64,000 nt of DNA from an uncultured Alphaproteobacteria bacterium (GCA_944392815.1 CALXXY010000002.1:1-64000), one strand, 5' to 3'. Numbered from the stretch's first letter, positions 1 through 9,954 are shown. The notes: generated from the letters alone by a model not told the origin. A program made the numbers and translations.

Positions 1-1667
1 GCCTCTATCGGGCACATTTGGCTCACCGCTTTTACATCCAACCCGATACATTGAGAGTAGTCGGGTCCACATCTGTCCTCAGATTGCAGACATTCCTTAA
101 CCTGAGTAGCGCACGAATTCACTCTCATAGAGGCGAGGCGAGCTACGACAAAATCCCAAATATCAGATTCCTGTGCCTCTGCGGCAGAGGTAGTGTTAAT
201 ACCACATGCATTCAGAGGGACCTGACAAAGATTTAACATGGTTTCTGGCCGCGTCAAACACATGTCATAGGAGCCATCAGGATCATTGGGGTCAATAGTG
301 TCACGACAGGCCTGTTGGAAACAAGAAGAGATATTACCGATACAGTTTTGTCTTGCGTTATCTTCTGCGATTAATTCAGCGGACTTGACCTGAGGGGCAA
401 CTTCACGCAGGAAAGTATCCCAAACCTGAGAGGCAACATTTTGGCATTGCTTGGTGACGCTTTCACAAAGTGGCTTTTTGGAAAGCAAAATATCATAAGT
501 AGATGCCTGGATACTTATACTCGTCGCCGAACCCTTGATTTCATATGTTGTGGCGGTGGCACCACGCCCACGTGTATTTGTTGAATCAAACGCGGCCACA
601 GACGCACACCCAGAAAAATCATCGCCACAGCCACCAGTGTCAATCATACAGTTTTTAAATTCAACCACGCATTGACCCAAATCGTATTTGTTCGCGCTTT
701 GGTATTGTTCCAGCGCAGCATCACGCAACGCCTGTTCTGCGACATATAATTTTTGCGCACTGGCATTTTTCTGCTGTTTCAAACTGTTTTCATATGCACT
801 GCAGTCGGACCGAATTTGTTGCGCATACATTAATTGCAGCATAGACAATTCAGCCGAACATTCCGGCATTTGTGCCGCACACACCTGGTGCGACGCCTTG
901 TACAGGTCGTCACCCTCTTTGCCCTCTATCGGGCTGGCCATCATACCGGTATCGGCAAAAATATCTTCGTCGGTGAAATCAACAGGCGACAACCACGACG
1001 TCAAATCCAACGAACGTTTTTCTTCCTCTTCCTCCTGTTGGGAATCCATGATTGACTGCGCCACAGCATTGGCGTTGGCAATTGCGGCCTCGGCAGCGTC
1101 GCCCATTTCAATACGTTCAACACCATACGTAGCCATTTGATATGATTGCTGGTCCAATTCCTCTATCTGGGCCAAAATTTCGTCCAACTCGGCATTTTTG
1201 TCACTGCAGATACAACGCCCACCGTTGTCATTATCCAACATACAGAAAGAATCCATACAACCGTAGTATTTTTGACGGCATGCCTCGCTGACCACAACGT
1301 TTTCATTCGCGGCGGCAATTTTTGTACCTGTATTAATAACCTTTTGCGTGGCACCAGCCCGGGCGGTCACAGCACTGCGTGCAACCGCACTGGACGACGA
1401 ACTGGCGGCCGTGGCGGCCGGCGTTCTGCTGACCGTTGTACGCCCAGTTGTTGCGGCACGTGCCGTTGTGGCCGTGGCTGTGGACGCGCGCGTTGGCGTG
1501 GCCGAACGTGCAGTCGTCGCACTGCGCGCAGTGGTACTGCGCGTGGCGGTATTGGTCGCGGCATTTGTCGCCGCCGCCGCCGTACCCCGCGGATTCCGTG
1601 CCGTCGCAGCGTCTGCATTATAAACCACAGACATTAACAATGCGCAAAATATAGCAATTTTTTTCAT
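1..1667 (-). CDS. Large secreted Cys-rich hypothetical protein, partial (runs off the window start)
   Basis: Not in the ORF track because it has no stop in the window. ATG at 1667 gives MKKIAIFCALLMSVVYNADAATAR (signal peptide), an Ala/Thr/Arg-rich linker, then Cys-rich segments (CRQKYYGCMDSFC..GGRCICSD). Open to base 1. Confidence 0.85.
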   Translation of the reverse strand, partial: MKKIAIFCALLMSVVYNADAATARNPRGTAAAATNAATNTATRSTTARSATTARSATPTRASTATATTARAATTGRTTVSRTPAATAASSSSSAVARSAVTARAGATQKVINTGTKIAAANENVVVSEACRQKYYGCMDSFCMLDNDNGGRCICSDKNAELDEILAQIEELDQQSYQMATYGVERIEMGDAAEAAIANANAVAQSIMDSQQEEEEEKRSLDLTSWLSPVDFTDEDIFADTGMMASPIEGKEGDDLYKASHQVCAAQMPECSAELSMLQLMYAQQIRSDCSAYENSLKQQKNASAQKLYVAEQALRDAALEQYQSANKYDLGQCVVEFKNCMIDTGGCGDDFSGCASVAAFDSTNTRGRGATATTYEIKGSATSISIQASTYDILLSKKPLCESVTKQCQNVASQVWDTFLREVAPQVKSAELIAEDNARQNCIGNISSCFQQACRDTIDPNDPDGSYDMCLTRPETMLNLCQVPLNACGINTTSAAEAQESDIWDFVVARLASMRVNSCATQVKECLQSEDRCGPDYSQCIGLDVKAVSQMCPIE

Positions 1668-1814
1668 GAAAAGGCCCTTCCTGATTACACTATTTTATCA
1701 TACTTCGTGAATTTATTGAAAGTATTTTTTGCGTATTTTTCAGAAAAAATGTACCAAATATTGACAACTTGCTTATTTGTACTATACTTATATGGGAATA
1801 CAAAAGGATTATTG

Positions 1815-2675
1815 ATGAAATTTGCAAAACCGATATTAAATGCAGATAACGCACGCGCGGAATATATAAAATCAGACAACGGCGACAGTTTTCATAACTC
1901 GCTGCTGGGCTTTTCACATTATTCGCCGTCATATGTTTTAACAAACGAAGACATTCGTTGGGTATCGGGTCTGACACAAAACAAAGGGCCACGCGTTTTA
2001 ACCGTTGCGGCATCTGGCGACCATCCTATGTTTTACGCAATGCGTGGTGCGACCAATATTGATACGTTTGACATTTCTTTCTGTGCCAAAGTTGCAATGG
2101 ACATCAAAACCGCAGCCATACAAAAATTATCACGCGATGAATATGTGCAATTATTAAACGACATGCACCAGGCCCAGCGTATATCTGATGTAAAATCAAT
2201 TGCTGAACTGATGCCGGACATTCCCCAAAACAGCGCATATTTCATACAGCAAATGGGCGCGTATCCTATATTCAGTAATGGATTAAACCCGTCTTATTAC
2301 AAAGAAACGATTCCAACAGATGCAGAATACGCCAAAATGCGTGAAAATATTCGTGCACCGTTCAAATTTATATGGTCAGACATTAAATCTTTGCACACAA
2401 ATTTAACTGACGAATATGATGTAATTAACCTGTCAAATATCTTTGAATATATGACACCGCAACAAATACACCAAACATTGGCGGCACTGCGTAATCATGT
2501 ACGTCCAGGCGGCGCAATAATCGCCCAAACAGGCAACTGGGGCATAAACAGAAACGCCCGCGCATATTGCGACGCAGCAAAAAAATTCAAACGCTGGGCG
2601 CGTGTCGGATATTGCAAAAAAGAAAAAGACAACGCAAATTCAGAAATGATTGCGGTTGTCCAACGCACACGATAA
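1815..2675 (+). CDS. DUF3419/BtaA-like SAM-dependent transferase family protein
   Basis: VLTVAASGD SAM-binding-like motif, IDTFDIS, YDVINLSNIFEY, and VRPGG near the C-terminus. ATG at 1815 follows AAAGGA. Confidence 0.6.
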   Translation: MKFAKPILNADNARAEYIKSDNGDSFHNSLLGFSHYSPSYVLTNEDIRWVSGLTQNKGPRVLTVAASGDHPMFYAMRGATNIDTFDISFCAKVAMDIKTAAIQKLSRDEYVQLLNDMHQAQRISDVKSIAELMPDIPQNSAYFIQQMGAYPIFSNGLNPSYYKETIPTDAEYAKMRENIRAPFKFIWSDIKSLHTNLTDEYDVINLSNIFEYMTPQQIHQTLAALRNHVRPGGAIIAQTGNWGINRNARAYCDAAKKFKRWARVGYCKKEKDNANSEMIAVVQRTR

Positions 2676-2677
2676 TT

Positions 2678-2704
2678 TAAAATCCCACCCAATGGTGGGA
2701 TTTT
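2678..2704 (+). terminator. Intrinsic terminator hairpin
   Basis: aaaatcccacc-caat-ggtgggatttt directly after the stop codon. Confidence 0.7.
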
Positions 2705-2742
2705 CATATTGATTTACACCCATGGTATGGTATTATAACACG

Positions 2743-2916
2743 TGATGTGGGGTGTTCCCACATTGGGCTTAAGAACCCATTGATCGCGTCCGTGATACAG
2801 ACGTTAAATAAATCCAACCAACGCGGTTGGAGTGTAGTGAATATATTGAATAAGCCACGCAATTACTACTGATTGTTCTTAAACTCCAACCACCCGATTT
2901 TTCTGGTGGTTTTTTC
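2743..2916 (+). ncRNA. Candidate structured RNA or 5' leader, copy A
   Basis: TTGATT(2709)/TATTAT(2731) promoter-like pair, 5' hairpin, closing stem gggcttaagaac/gttcttaaactc around three hairpins, then an accacc..ggtggtt-T-run terminator. Same architecture at 26048-26240. Confidence 0.55.
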
Positions 2917-2942
2917 TTAACGGAAAAAAAGGAGATAAGAAT

Positions 2943-3137
2943 ATGAAAAAGCAAATCATAATAATCGCGGGGTTGGTATCTGTAATCATGACGCCCCGGG
3001 CCCCGCGCAAACATAGTTTGCGTGGGTGGTTCTGGCGGGGGGTGGCGGTCGCCAGACCGTCGGGGGGTGGTCAGAGAGTGCAAGAATACGCACTTAGCCC
3101 CCATTGTCATCGCGAGCAAAGCGGGGCGATCCAGTAA
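2943..3137 (+). CDS. Short hypothetical ORF, possibly disrupted by repeat elements
   Basis: GGAG SD and hydrophobic N-terminus MKKQIIIIAGLVSVI; the 3' half runs into palindromic repeat sequence. Confidence 0.3.
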   Translation: MKKQIIIIAGLVSVIMTPRAPRKHSLRGWFWRGVAVARPSGGGQRVQEYALSPHCHREQSGAIQ

Positions 3138-3338
3138 ATAGAAAAAGCACTGCGGGCATTCGCCCGCAGACATATTGCACTGGATTGCCACAGTCGTACG
3201 ACAACGTTTTCAACGTTGATCGTACTCCTTCGCAATGACGGTGATATATGTCCCGCGCCGATGGCGCGGACATTATCTACACTCTATACTCTCCACTCTA
3301 CACTCTAATAAAAAACGGGGCGAATGCCCCGTTTTTTA
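3030..3338. repeat. Mosaic REP-like cluster: GGGGTGG module, inverted GTCA-tagged pair (3106-3134, 3180-3239), hairpin, heptamer run and terminator
   Basis: 3180-3239 is a reverse-complement copy of the 60-bp unit at 23769, 36994, 37461 and 37642. 3241-3338 closely matches 23828-23922. Confidence 0.85.
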
Positions 3339-3896
3339 TTTTCCTGTTGCGCGACGTTTCACGGCAACCGCTTTCTTCGCACCCGTGGCCTTGGCGGCTT
3401 TTGGTGCCTCTTTTTCAACCTTGGCCGCTGGGGCTTTGGCTGATTTTTCTTTCTTTTCCGCTTTGTCGGCAACTTTATCTGTTGCTTTTTCTGCGGCGGT
3501 GGCGGCTGGTTTCACAACCTTTTTCGCGTTTTCATCGCGATCAACCAATTCGATAATCGCCATAGGCGCAGCGTCACCGTAACGGAACCCGGCCTTTAAC
3601 ACACGGGTATAACCACCCGGGCGATTGGCATAACGCGGTCCCAAAACAGTAAACAATTTTTTAACCGCAGCGGACGAATTATTGCCCAACTGGGACGCCA
3701 CCAGGCGGCGATTTGCAACAGTGTCAACCTTGGCACGGGTAATCAATTTTTCGACAACCCCGCGCAGGTCTTTGGCCTTTGGCAAAGTAGTTTTAATCTG
3801 TTCTTTTTCAATCAAATTTTTCGCCAGCCCAATAAACAAGGCCTTGCGTGCATTAGTGTCGCGATTAAACGTGCGACCGGCTTTCATGTGTCTCAT
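3336..3896 (-). CDS. rplQ: 50S ribosomal protein L17 with Ala/Lys-rich C-terminal extension
   Basis: MRH start, [33 protein letters not shown]. Confidence 0.98.
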   Translation of the reverse strand: MRHMKAGRTFNRDTNARKALFIGLAKNLIEKEQIKTTLPKAKDLRGVVEKLITRAKVDTVANRRLVASQLGNNSSAAVKKLFTVLGPRYANRPGGYTRVLKAGFRYGDAAPMAIIELVDRDENAKKVVKPAATAAEKATDKVADKAEKKEKSAKAPAAKVEKEAPKAAKATGAKKAVAVKRRATGK

Positions 3897-3911
3897 CGAT
3901 TACTCCTTTTT

Positions 3912-3984
3912 GCGTTGTTTCTGCCCCAGTTTCCTGGGGATTGGTTCAAGACACCGCGCCCTGGCCCACCGTGGCCAGCAACGC
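3912..3984 (-). promoter_or_regulatory. Structured 5' leader of rplQ (multi-stem junction with GAAA tetraloop)
   Basis: Minus strand: gcgttg/caacgc closing stem around ctggcc/ggccag, ggt/acc and ccccag-GAAA-ctgggg, just before the SD. Confidence 0.5.
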
Positions 3985-4132
3985 GAATTTATTTTTGTTT
4001 ATCGGTGCCAAAAAATATCATACGAAACATTTGTGCAAAAACACCGTCACCCTGCAAAAACGCCATGCGTTTTTTAGCATTTGTATAAGTATTTTTCTTT
4101 TTCGTCGACATTTTTTCCACCAACATCACCAG

Positions 4133-4234
4133 AAATTAAAATTTATGAGATGATTGGAAGCGATTGGCGGTTCGCAGTGTAGTCAACCTACATAAGAACC
4201 GACAATCGCGACAAGCATCCATAAAGTTTAATTT
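4133..4234. repeat. ERIC/RPE-like long palindrome overlapping the rpoA stop
   Basis: aaattaaa..tttaattt ends, gcgattggcggttc/gaaccgacaatcgc arms, core gcagtgtag-tcaac-ctacataag. Confidence 0.7.
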
Positions 4235-5261
4235 ATTTGTAGGGGTCCTCGTATTTTTTGGCCAACTCCGCAATATTTTCTGGTGGCCAACCGGGAACCT
4301 CCATACCCAAACTCAGGCCCATTGCCTCTAATTGAACTTTGATTTCGTTCAATGATTTGCGGCCAAAATTCGGTGTTTTCAACATGTCGGCCTCGGTTTT
4401 CTGGACCAATTCGCCCAACCAATTAATTTTGTCATTTTTCAGGCAATTATTGGCACGAACTGACAATTCCAATTCGTCGACATGCTTTAACAATTTCGGA
4501 TCAAACGGCAACGCGTCTTTGGCCTTTTCTTCTTCGGCCGGGGCGTTAATTTGTGCCGGATCTTCGAAATTAATGAATACAACCAATTGATCTGTCAAAA
4601 TACGCGCCGCCAGTGCAATCGCATCCTCGGGCGAAACAGAACCATTGGTTTTAACAGTCATTTCCAATTTGTCGTAATCAGTGCTTTGACCAACACGGGT
4701 TTCAGAAACACTGGTTGCAACATTCAAAATCGGTGAAAAGATTGAATCAACTGGAATCACGCCCAACGGCAAACCGTCTGCATGTGCAGATGCCGGCACA
4801 TAACCGCGCCCAGTGGACAAAGTGATTTCCATATCCAAATTCGCACCATCGTCCAAAGTGCAGATTTCCGCATCTTTGTTCATAACCTCTACCCCGCCGG
4901 TTGTTTCAATCATTGCGGCGGTGACGACGGCCGGACCTTTGACCTTTAATGTGGCCTTGTGCTGACCCTCGGTCAATGCTTTGAAATAAACGCCCTTCAG
5001 ATTCAGGATAATATCCGTCACATCTTCGCGGACACCAGAAATACTGGAAAATTCGTGCTGAACACCATCAATTTTAATATAAATCGGCGCGCAACCCTGC
5101 AACGAAGACAACAGCACACGGCGCAACGCAGTACCCAACGTTAAACCAAAACCCTTTTCCAATGGTTCTGCAACCAATGTTGCCAGGTTCGGATTGTGTT
5201 CATCAACCTTGATATTCAGTTTTTTGGGCTTAATCAAAGTCACCCAGTTTTTTTCAATCAT
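4233..5261 (-). CDS. rpoA: RNA polymerase subunit alpha
   Basis: [47 protein letters not shown]. Start moved to ATG 5261 after GGAGGA. Confidence 0.98.
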   Translation of the reverse strand: MIEKNWVTLIKPKKLNIKVDEHNPNLATLVAEPLEKGFGLTLGTALRRVLLSSLQGCAPIYIKIDGVQHEFSSISGVREDVTDIILNLKGVYFKALTEGQHKATLKVKGPAVVTAAMIETTGGVEVMNKDAEICTLDDGANLDMEITLSTGRGYVPASAHADGLPLGVIPVDSIFSPILNVATSVSETRVGQSTDYDKLEMTVKTNGSVSPEDAIALAARILTDQLVVFINFEDPAQINAPAEEEKAKDALPFDPKLLKHVDELELSVRANNCLKNDKINWLGELVQKTEADMLKTPNFGRKSLNEIKVQLEAMGLSLGMEVPGWPPENIAELAKKYEDPYK

Positions 5262-5476
5262 AAAATCCTCCATTCGGCTTAGTTTATCATTTTCGCCAAT
5301 CGGCCGCATCGGGAAATTCCCCAACGCGCCCGCGAATTTTATAACACAAATATCCAAAAGTCAAACAATTATTGGATTTTTCAGTATTTTTATAGCAAGC
5401 CACCCGAATACATAAAAAAGTTGACAACAATAAAAAATGTACTATATTTTTAATAACCAGAACCAAAGGACTGTTC

Positions 5477-5887
5477 ATGAAAAAAATATTTGTTTTGTGG
5501 TTAATCATTGGTGTGGCTGGATTTTGTGCGAACGCAGCCCAGGCCGGCTATACAACAACCGAAACGGTTAACACGTATGAAAAATTGACAATCGACACAG
5601 TAAAATATATCGATGGCAATTATGTCGCACCGAAATGTGCACGCGCAGTAAAATCCCCATGTCGCGCGGCATCATCACTGGACGTCGCACGTGGCGGCTG
5701 TGCAAAATGCACAAAAAATTGTGCAAAATCTGCACATTTGAAACCTGTTCGCGTAAAAACGTATACCGAGGTCATAGATCACTATCAAATTTATCAACCA
5801 GTGGTCACATACAAACCTGCGGGCACATACACAACCCGCCGCTATATAGATGCCCCAAATCCGCATTGCGGTACATGTGCGCGATAA
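5477..5887 (+). CDS. Small secreted Cys-rich hypothetical protein between rpsK and rpoA, opposite strand
   Basis: Signal peptide MKKIFVLWLIIGVAGFCANAAQA, own TTGACA-type promoter (~5421), AAAGGA SD, terminator at 5900-5922. Confidence 0.75.
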   Translation: MKKIFVLWLIIGVAGFCANAAQAGYTTTETVNTYEKLTIDTVKYIDGNYVAPKCARAVKSPCRAASSLDVARGGCAKCTKNCAKSAHLKPVRVKTYTEVIDHYQIYQPVVTYKPAGTYTTRRYIDAPNPHCGTCAR

Positions 5888-5949
5888 AAACACAATAAAT
5901 AAAACGCCCCACGGGCGTTTTTATTTTGAATTAAATCCCACATCAATTG

Positions 5950-6262
5950 AAAATTAAATAGAATGGTATAGATACACGCAGTGGGGATTGCGACGTGTAC
6001 ATTGTTGAAAATTAAATAGAATGGTGCAGAGATACGTAAACGGGATTGCGTAGTGTACAAAACGTACATGAGCAATCCCGTTTACGGATAGTCCGATAAA
6101 AAATTAAATAGAATGGCGCAGAGATACGTGAACGGGATTGCGTAGTGTGGCTTTAGAAAATTAAATAGAATGATATAGATACACGCAGTGGGGATTGCGA
6201 CGTGTACAAAACGTACACGAGCAACCCCCACCGCGCGTAGATATATTATTATATTTAATTTT
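5950..6262. repeat. Tandem array of four ERIC/RPE-like units (starts 5950, 6008, 6100, 6157)
   Basis: Each unit begins aaaattaaatagaatg. Units 2 and 4 have both inner arms around gtgtac-aaaac-gtaca(t/c)gagc; units 1 and 3 stop at the core. Confidence 0.85.
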
Positions 6263-6644
6263 AGACGCGGCGCACTTTCTTTGGACGACAACCATTATGC
6301 GGAATACGCGTCGTGTCAGTAATGGACTGGACAATCAAACCGGCGTTTGCCAACCCGCGGACAGCAGATTCACGACCCTGGCCAATACCACGCATTAAAA
6401 CATCAACTGTTTTCATGCCCATTTCGGCAACTTTTTTGCCAACGGCGTCGGCAACGACTGTTGCGGCATATGGGGTGGATTTTTTTGCACCCTTGAAATT
6501 ATTTGCCCCAGCGGTGGCCCATGTCAAAACGGCCCCAGATTGGTCTGTGATGGTTATACGTGTATTGTTATTGGTCGCGACCACGTGCGCAATGCCGTGC
6601 GAAACCTTTTTAACAACTTTCTTTTTCGCTTTTGTTACTGCCAT
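6261..6644 (-). CDS. rpsK: 30S ribosomal protein S11
   Basis: NNTRITITD, KKSTPYAA, PHNGCRPKKVRRV. Confidence 0.98.
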   Translation of the reverse strand: MAVTKAKKKVVKKVSHGIAHVVATNNNTRITITDQSGAVLTWATAGANNFKGAKKSTPYAATVVADAVGKKVAEMGMKTVDVLMRGIGQGRESAVRGLANAGLIVQSITDTTRIPHNGCRPKKVRRV

Positions 6645-6708
6645 TATTTATTACCTTTGATTTAGATGTCTTCAATTAACTATGGTGTTAATCTCTACCT
6701 GTTATCAT

Positions 6709-7086
6709 TTATTTACCCTTGACCGCGGAACCTGCGACAACGACGCGTTTACCTTTGCGGGTACGAGCATTTGTCTGGGTACGCTGGCCACGAACGGGCA
6801 AACGATTACGGTGACGAATACCGCGATATGTTTTCAAGTCCTGTAAACGTTTAATGTTCATAGCGACTTCACGGCGAACATCACCTTCTACTTTGAAATT
6901 TTGTTCGATATAGTTCGAAATTTTAACAATATCCTCGTCAGTCAGATCCTTGGCGCGCAGCCCATCTTTTAATTTCAAGGCCTTGCAAATTTGTGCTGCC
7001 TTGGCTGGGCCGATACCATGAATATACTGCAGCGCGATTTCAATGCGCTTTTCTGTCGGAATATTAACACCTGCTATACGTGCCAT
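6709..7086 (-). CDS. rpsM: 30S ribosomal protein S13
   Basis: [27 protein letters not shown]. Confidence 0.98.
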   Translation of the reverse strand: MARIAGVNIPTEKRIEIALQYIHGIGPAKAAQICKALKLKDGLRAKDLTDEDIVKISNYIEQNFKVEGDVRREVAMNIKRLQDLKTYRGIRHRNRLPVRGQRTQTNARTRKGKRVVVAGSAVKGK

Positions 7087-7243
7087 TTTTCATTTTCCTT
7101 TTTATTTACTGCGATGCGAACCGCACCGATTTATGAACGTTTCGCACCCAAAACCAGATTTCGAAACGTATTTTATTTTGCCGCATTATTTTATACGAAA
7201 TGCCACAAAAGTCAAATTTTATTCTGTTTCCACCAAACCAAGT

Positions 7244-8560
7244 TTAACGGAAACGCCCCTTTTTCTGTGCTTTTTTAATAACACCACTGTACTGTTTTGC
7301 AACCAAGTATGATTGAACCTGGTTCATTGTGTCCAGCACAACCCCAGCGACGATTAACACACTGGTTCCGCCAATCGCCAACGGCATGCCCGCATGCGTG
7401 TTCAGAATAATCGGCACCACGCATACAACAATCAGATACAGCACACCAATTGCCGTGGTGCGTGACACCACAGAATCCAAATAGTGCATGGTCTGATCGC
7501 CTGGGCGCACACCCGGGATATAACCACCTGCATTTTTCAGGTTGTTTGCGGTTTCTTCGGAATTGAATATAACCGCAGTTTGGAAATACGCAAAGAACGC
7601 AATCAATACCGTATACGTAATGATATATGACCATGTTCCATACGTAAAAAATCCCATAATAGATTGCACAATCGGATTTTCACTTTGCACGAAACGCTGA
7701 ACGAACGCAGGCAACATCATGATACTGGCTGCGAACACAGGCCCCATAACGCCAGACATATTAACCTTTATCGGCAAATATGACGCATTCGTATTCATAA
7801 CGCCGTTGGCCATAACCTGGCGCGGATACAGAATTTGAATACGACGTTGTGCCTGTTCGAAAAACGCAATCAGTGCAACGATACCAACCACGAACGTCAC
7901 GACCAACGCAATCATAGCCGGCGAAATTTGTCCCACCGACCCCAGCGAGAATAATTGTGCAATTCCCCCGGGCACTTCGGCGATGATTCCGGCAAAGATT
8001 AACAGCGACGCGCCCTGGCCTATGCCACGCGCAGTGATTTGTTCGGCCAACCACATAACAAACACAGTTCCACCGACCAACGCAATAATCGCCGATAATT
8101 CAAACGCAAACCCCGGATTCACAACGGCCGCAACACCATTAACCGGCGCCATAGATTCCAATCCACGCACCACGGCCCAGCCCTGAATCACGGCCAAAAA
8201 CACCGCCAGATAACGTGTATATTGGTTAATCTTGATACGGCCCGATTCGCCTTCTTTGCGTAATTCGTTCAAAGATTTGCTGGTTGCTGTTAACAATTGC
8301 AAAACGATGGACGCAGAAATGTACGGGAAAATGTTCAATGCCAACACAGACATACGCGACAAAGAACCACCCGCGAACATATCAAACATACCCATCATGC
8401 CACTGCCTTCGCCTGTAAACAGGTGCAACACAGCGGACGCATTTACCCCCGGCAATGGAATAAACGATCCGATACGATAAACAATCAGCGCACCAATAGT
8501 GAACAATATGCGCTTTTGCAAATCGGACATACTTCCAAAAAATTCTCTCAAAAATTTCAT
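7244..8560 (-). CDS. secY: Preprotein translocase SecY
   Basis: PYISASIVLQLL, GIGQGASLLIFAGI, IPGVRPG, GGTSVLI; multiple TM segments. Confidence 0.98.
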   Translation of the reverse strand: MKFLREFFGSMSDLQKRILFTIGALIVYRIGSFIPLPGVNASAVLHLFTGEGSGMMGMFDMFAGGSLSRMSVLALNIFPYISASIVLQLLTATSKSLNELRKEGESGRIKINQYTRYLAVFLAVIQGWAVVRGLESMAPVNGVAAVVNPGFAFELSAIIALVGGTVFVMWLAEQITARGIGQGASLLIFAGIIAEVPGGIAQLFSLGSVGQISPAMIALVVTFVVGIVALIAFFEQAQRRIQILYPRQVMANGVMNTNASYLPIKVNMSGVMGPVFAASIMMLPAFVQRFVQSENPIVQSIMGFFTYGTWSYIITYTVLIAFFAYFQTAVIFNSEETANNLKNAGGYIPGVRPGDQTMHYLDSVVSRTTAIGVLYLIVVCVVPIILNTHAGMPLAIGGTSVLIVAGVVLDTMNQVQSYLVAKQYSGVIKKAQKKGRFR

Positions 8561-8617
8561 GCGAACGAACTTTTAATTGTTGTTTGCACCCAGAAACTGG
8601 GTGCAAACATATAAACA

Positions 8618-9076
8618 TTATTTGTTTTTGATTGTGCCACCTGCTTTGACGATTGCTGCCTCGGCCGATTTGGACCATTTATCAGCAACGATATTCACAG
8701 ATGTTTTTATTTCGCCTTTGGCCAATACTTTCAAACCGTCTTTTGTACGATTGATAATTTTGGCAGCCATCAACGAATCGATTGTAATCGGTGATTTGGC
8801 ATCAATTTTGCCAGACGCGATAAATTTTTCAATATCGCCCAGGTTGATTGTCACGTATTCCTTGGCAAATGGATTGTTAAACCCAAATTTCGGGAAACGG
8901 CGCAAAATCGGCATCTGACCACCCTGGAATGTTGCCTGTTTGCGGGAACCACTGCGGGCCTTTTGACCTTTGTTTCCACGCCCGGCGGTTTTACCCATAC
9001 CAGAACCCATACCACGACCAACGCGTTTGGCGTTGCTGCGTGCACCGTAATTATCCATCAAAGCATTCAGTTTCAT
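8618..9076 (-). CDS. rplO: 50S ribosomal protein L15
   Basis: RVGRGMGSGMGKTAGRGNKGQKARSG, FQGGQMP. Confidence 0.98.
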   Translation of the reverse strand: MKLNALMDNYGARSNAKRVGRGMGSGMGKTAGRGNKGQKARSGSRKQATFQGGQMPILRRFPKFGFNNPFAKEYVTINLGDIEKFIASGKIDAKSPITIDSLMAAKIINRTKDGLKVLAKGEIKTSVNIVADKWSKSAEAAIVKAGGTIKNK

Positions 9077-9158
9077 TTTATTTTTCCTTTTATCCTGCGA
9101 ACCAGCATTCTGATTCTGTGTCGCACGTCACATGGGTGACGTACTCGGTTCAATTAAT

Positions 9159-9338
9159 TTATTTTTCCACAATTTCGACCAAATGTGAAACTTTGGCAAC
9201 CATACCACGAACGGCAGGAGTATCTTCGACCTCGTGCGATTTACCGATACGCCCCAGCCCCAGCGCAGCAATAATTTTACGCTGTGCGGTCGGACGGCCA
9301 ATAATACTTTTAACTTGTTTTACAACGATTTTTGCCAT
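9159..9338 (-). CDS. rpmD: 50S ribosomal protein L30 (59 aa, absent from the ORF track)
   Basis: Manual translation [59 protein letters not shown], between rpsE and rplO. Confidence 0.95.
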   Translation of the reverse strand: MAKIVVKQVKSIIGRPTAQRKIIAALGLGRIGKSHEVEDTPAVRGMVAKVSHLVEIVEK

Positions 9339-9371
9339 AATTATTCTCCGTTTTTATTTGGCGGGTCCGAA

Positions 9372-9932
9372 TTATTTTTCTTCCGCTGGTTCGTTATTTT
9401 CAACCTTTTTGCCATCGCGGCCGGCAATAATTTCAGCCACTGTTTTACCACGACGTGCAGCCACAGTTTTCGGCGAATTCATTTTTGCGAATGCCAAAAA
9501 CGCAGCGCGAATCATGTTGTTTGGATTGTTTGAACCCTGGGATTTCACAACAACGTCCTGGACGCCCAAGCATTCAAACACTGCACGCAACGCACCACCG
9601 GCAATGATACCAGTACCAGGAACAGCACTGCGCACGACCAATTTGCTGGCGCCATATTTGGCGGCAATATCATGGTGCAGTGTGCGGCCCTCTTTTAATG
9701 GGACGCGAATCATTTTTGCTTTGGCTGCTTTGGTTGCTTTCTGCACAGCAGATTGCACTTCCAACGCTTTACCTTTGCCGAAACCAACACGACCGGCCTT
9801 GTCCCCGACAACAACCAATGCCGAGAAAGACATATTACGACCGCCCTTTACCGTTTTAGAAACGCGGTTGATAGAAACCAGTTTATCTACCAAATTATCC
9901 GTTTGTAATTTTTTATCATCAAAACGTGCCAT
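9372..9932 (-). CDS. rpsE: 30S ribosomal protein S5
   Basis: [33 protein letters not shown]. Confidence 0.98.
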   Translation of the reverse strand: MARFDDKKLQTDNLVDKLVSINRVSKTVKGGRNMSFSALVVVGDKAGRVGFGKGKALEVQSAVQKATKAAKAKMIRVPLKEGRTLHHDIAAKYGASKLVVRSAVPGTGIIAGGALRAVFECLGVQDVVVKSQGSNNPNNMIRAAFLAFAKMNSPKTVAARRGKTVAEIIAGRDGKKVENNEPAEEK

Positions 9933-9954
9933 AATAAACTCCGTATATTACCGA

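Noticed and set aside
2765-2892. tRNA or tmRNA identity for the structured RNA (ends in ccaacca)
   Set aside because: No T-loop or D-loop consensus and no tag reading frame; the CCA is part of the terminator stem.
2769-3191. ORFs crossing repeat clusters (also 23620-24174, 36958-37619, 5842-6291)
   Set aside because: They translate through palindromic repeats or structured RNA and have no recognisable domain.
5950-6262. CRISPR array
   Set aside because: Irregular period, the would-be spacers are related to each other and self-complementary, and there are no cas genes in the window.
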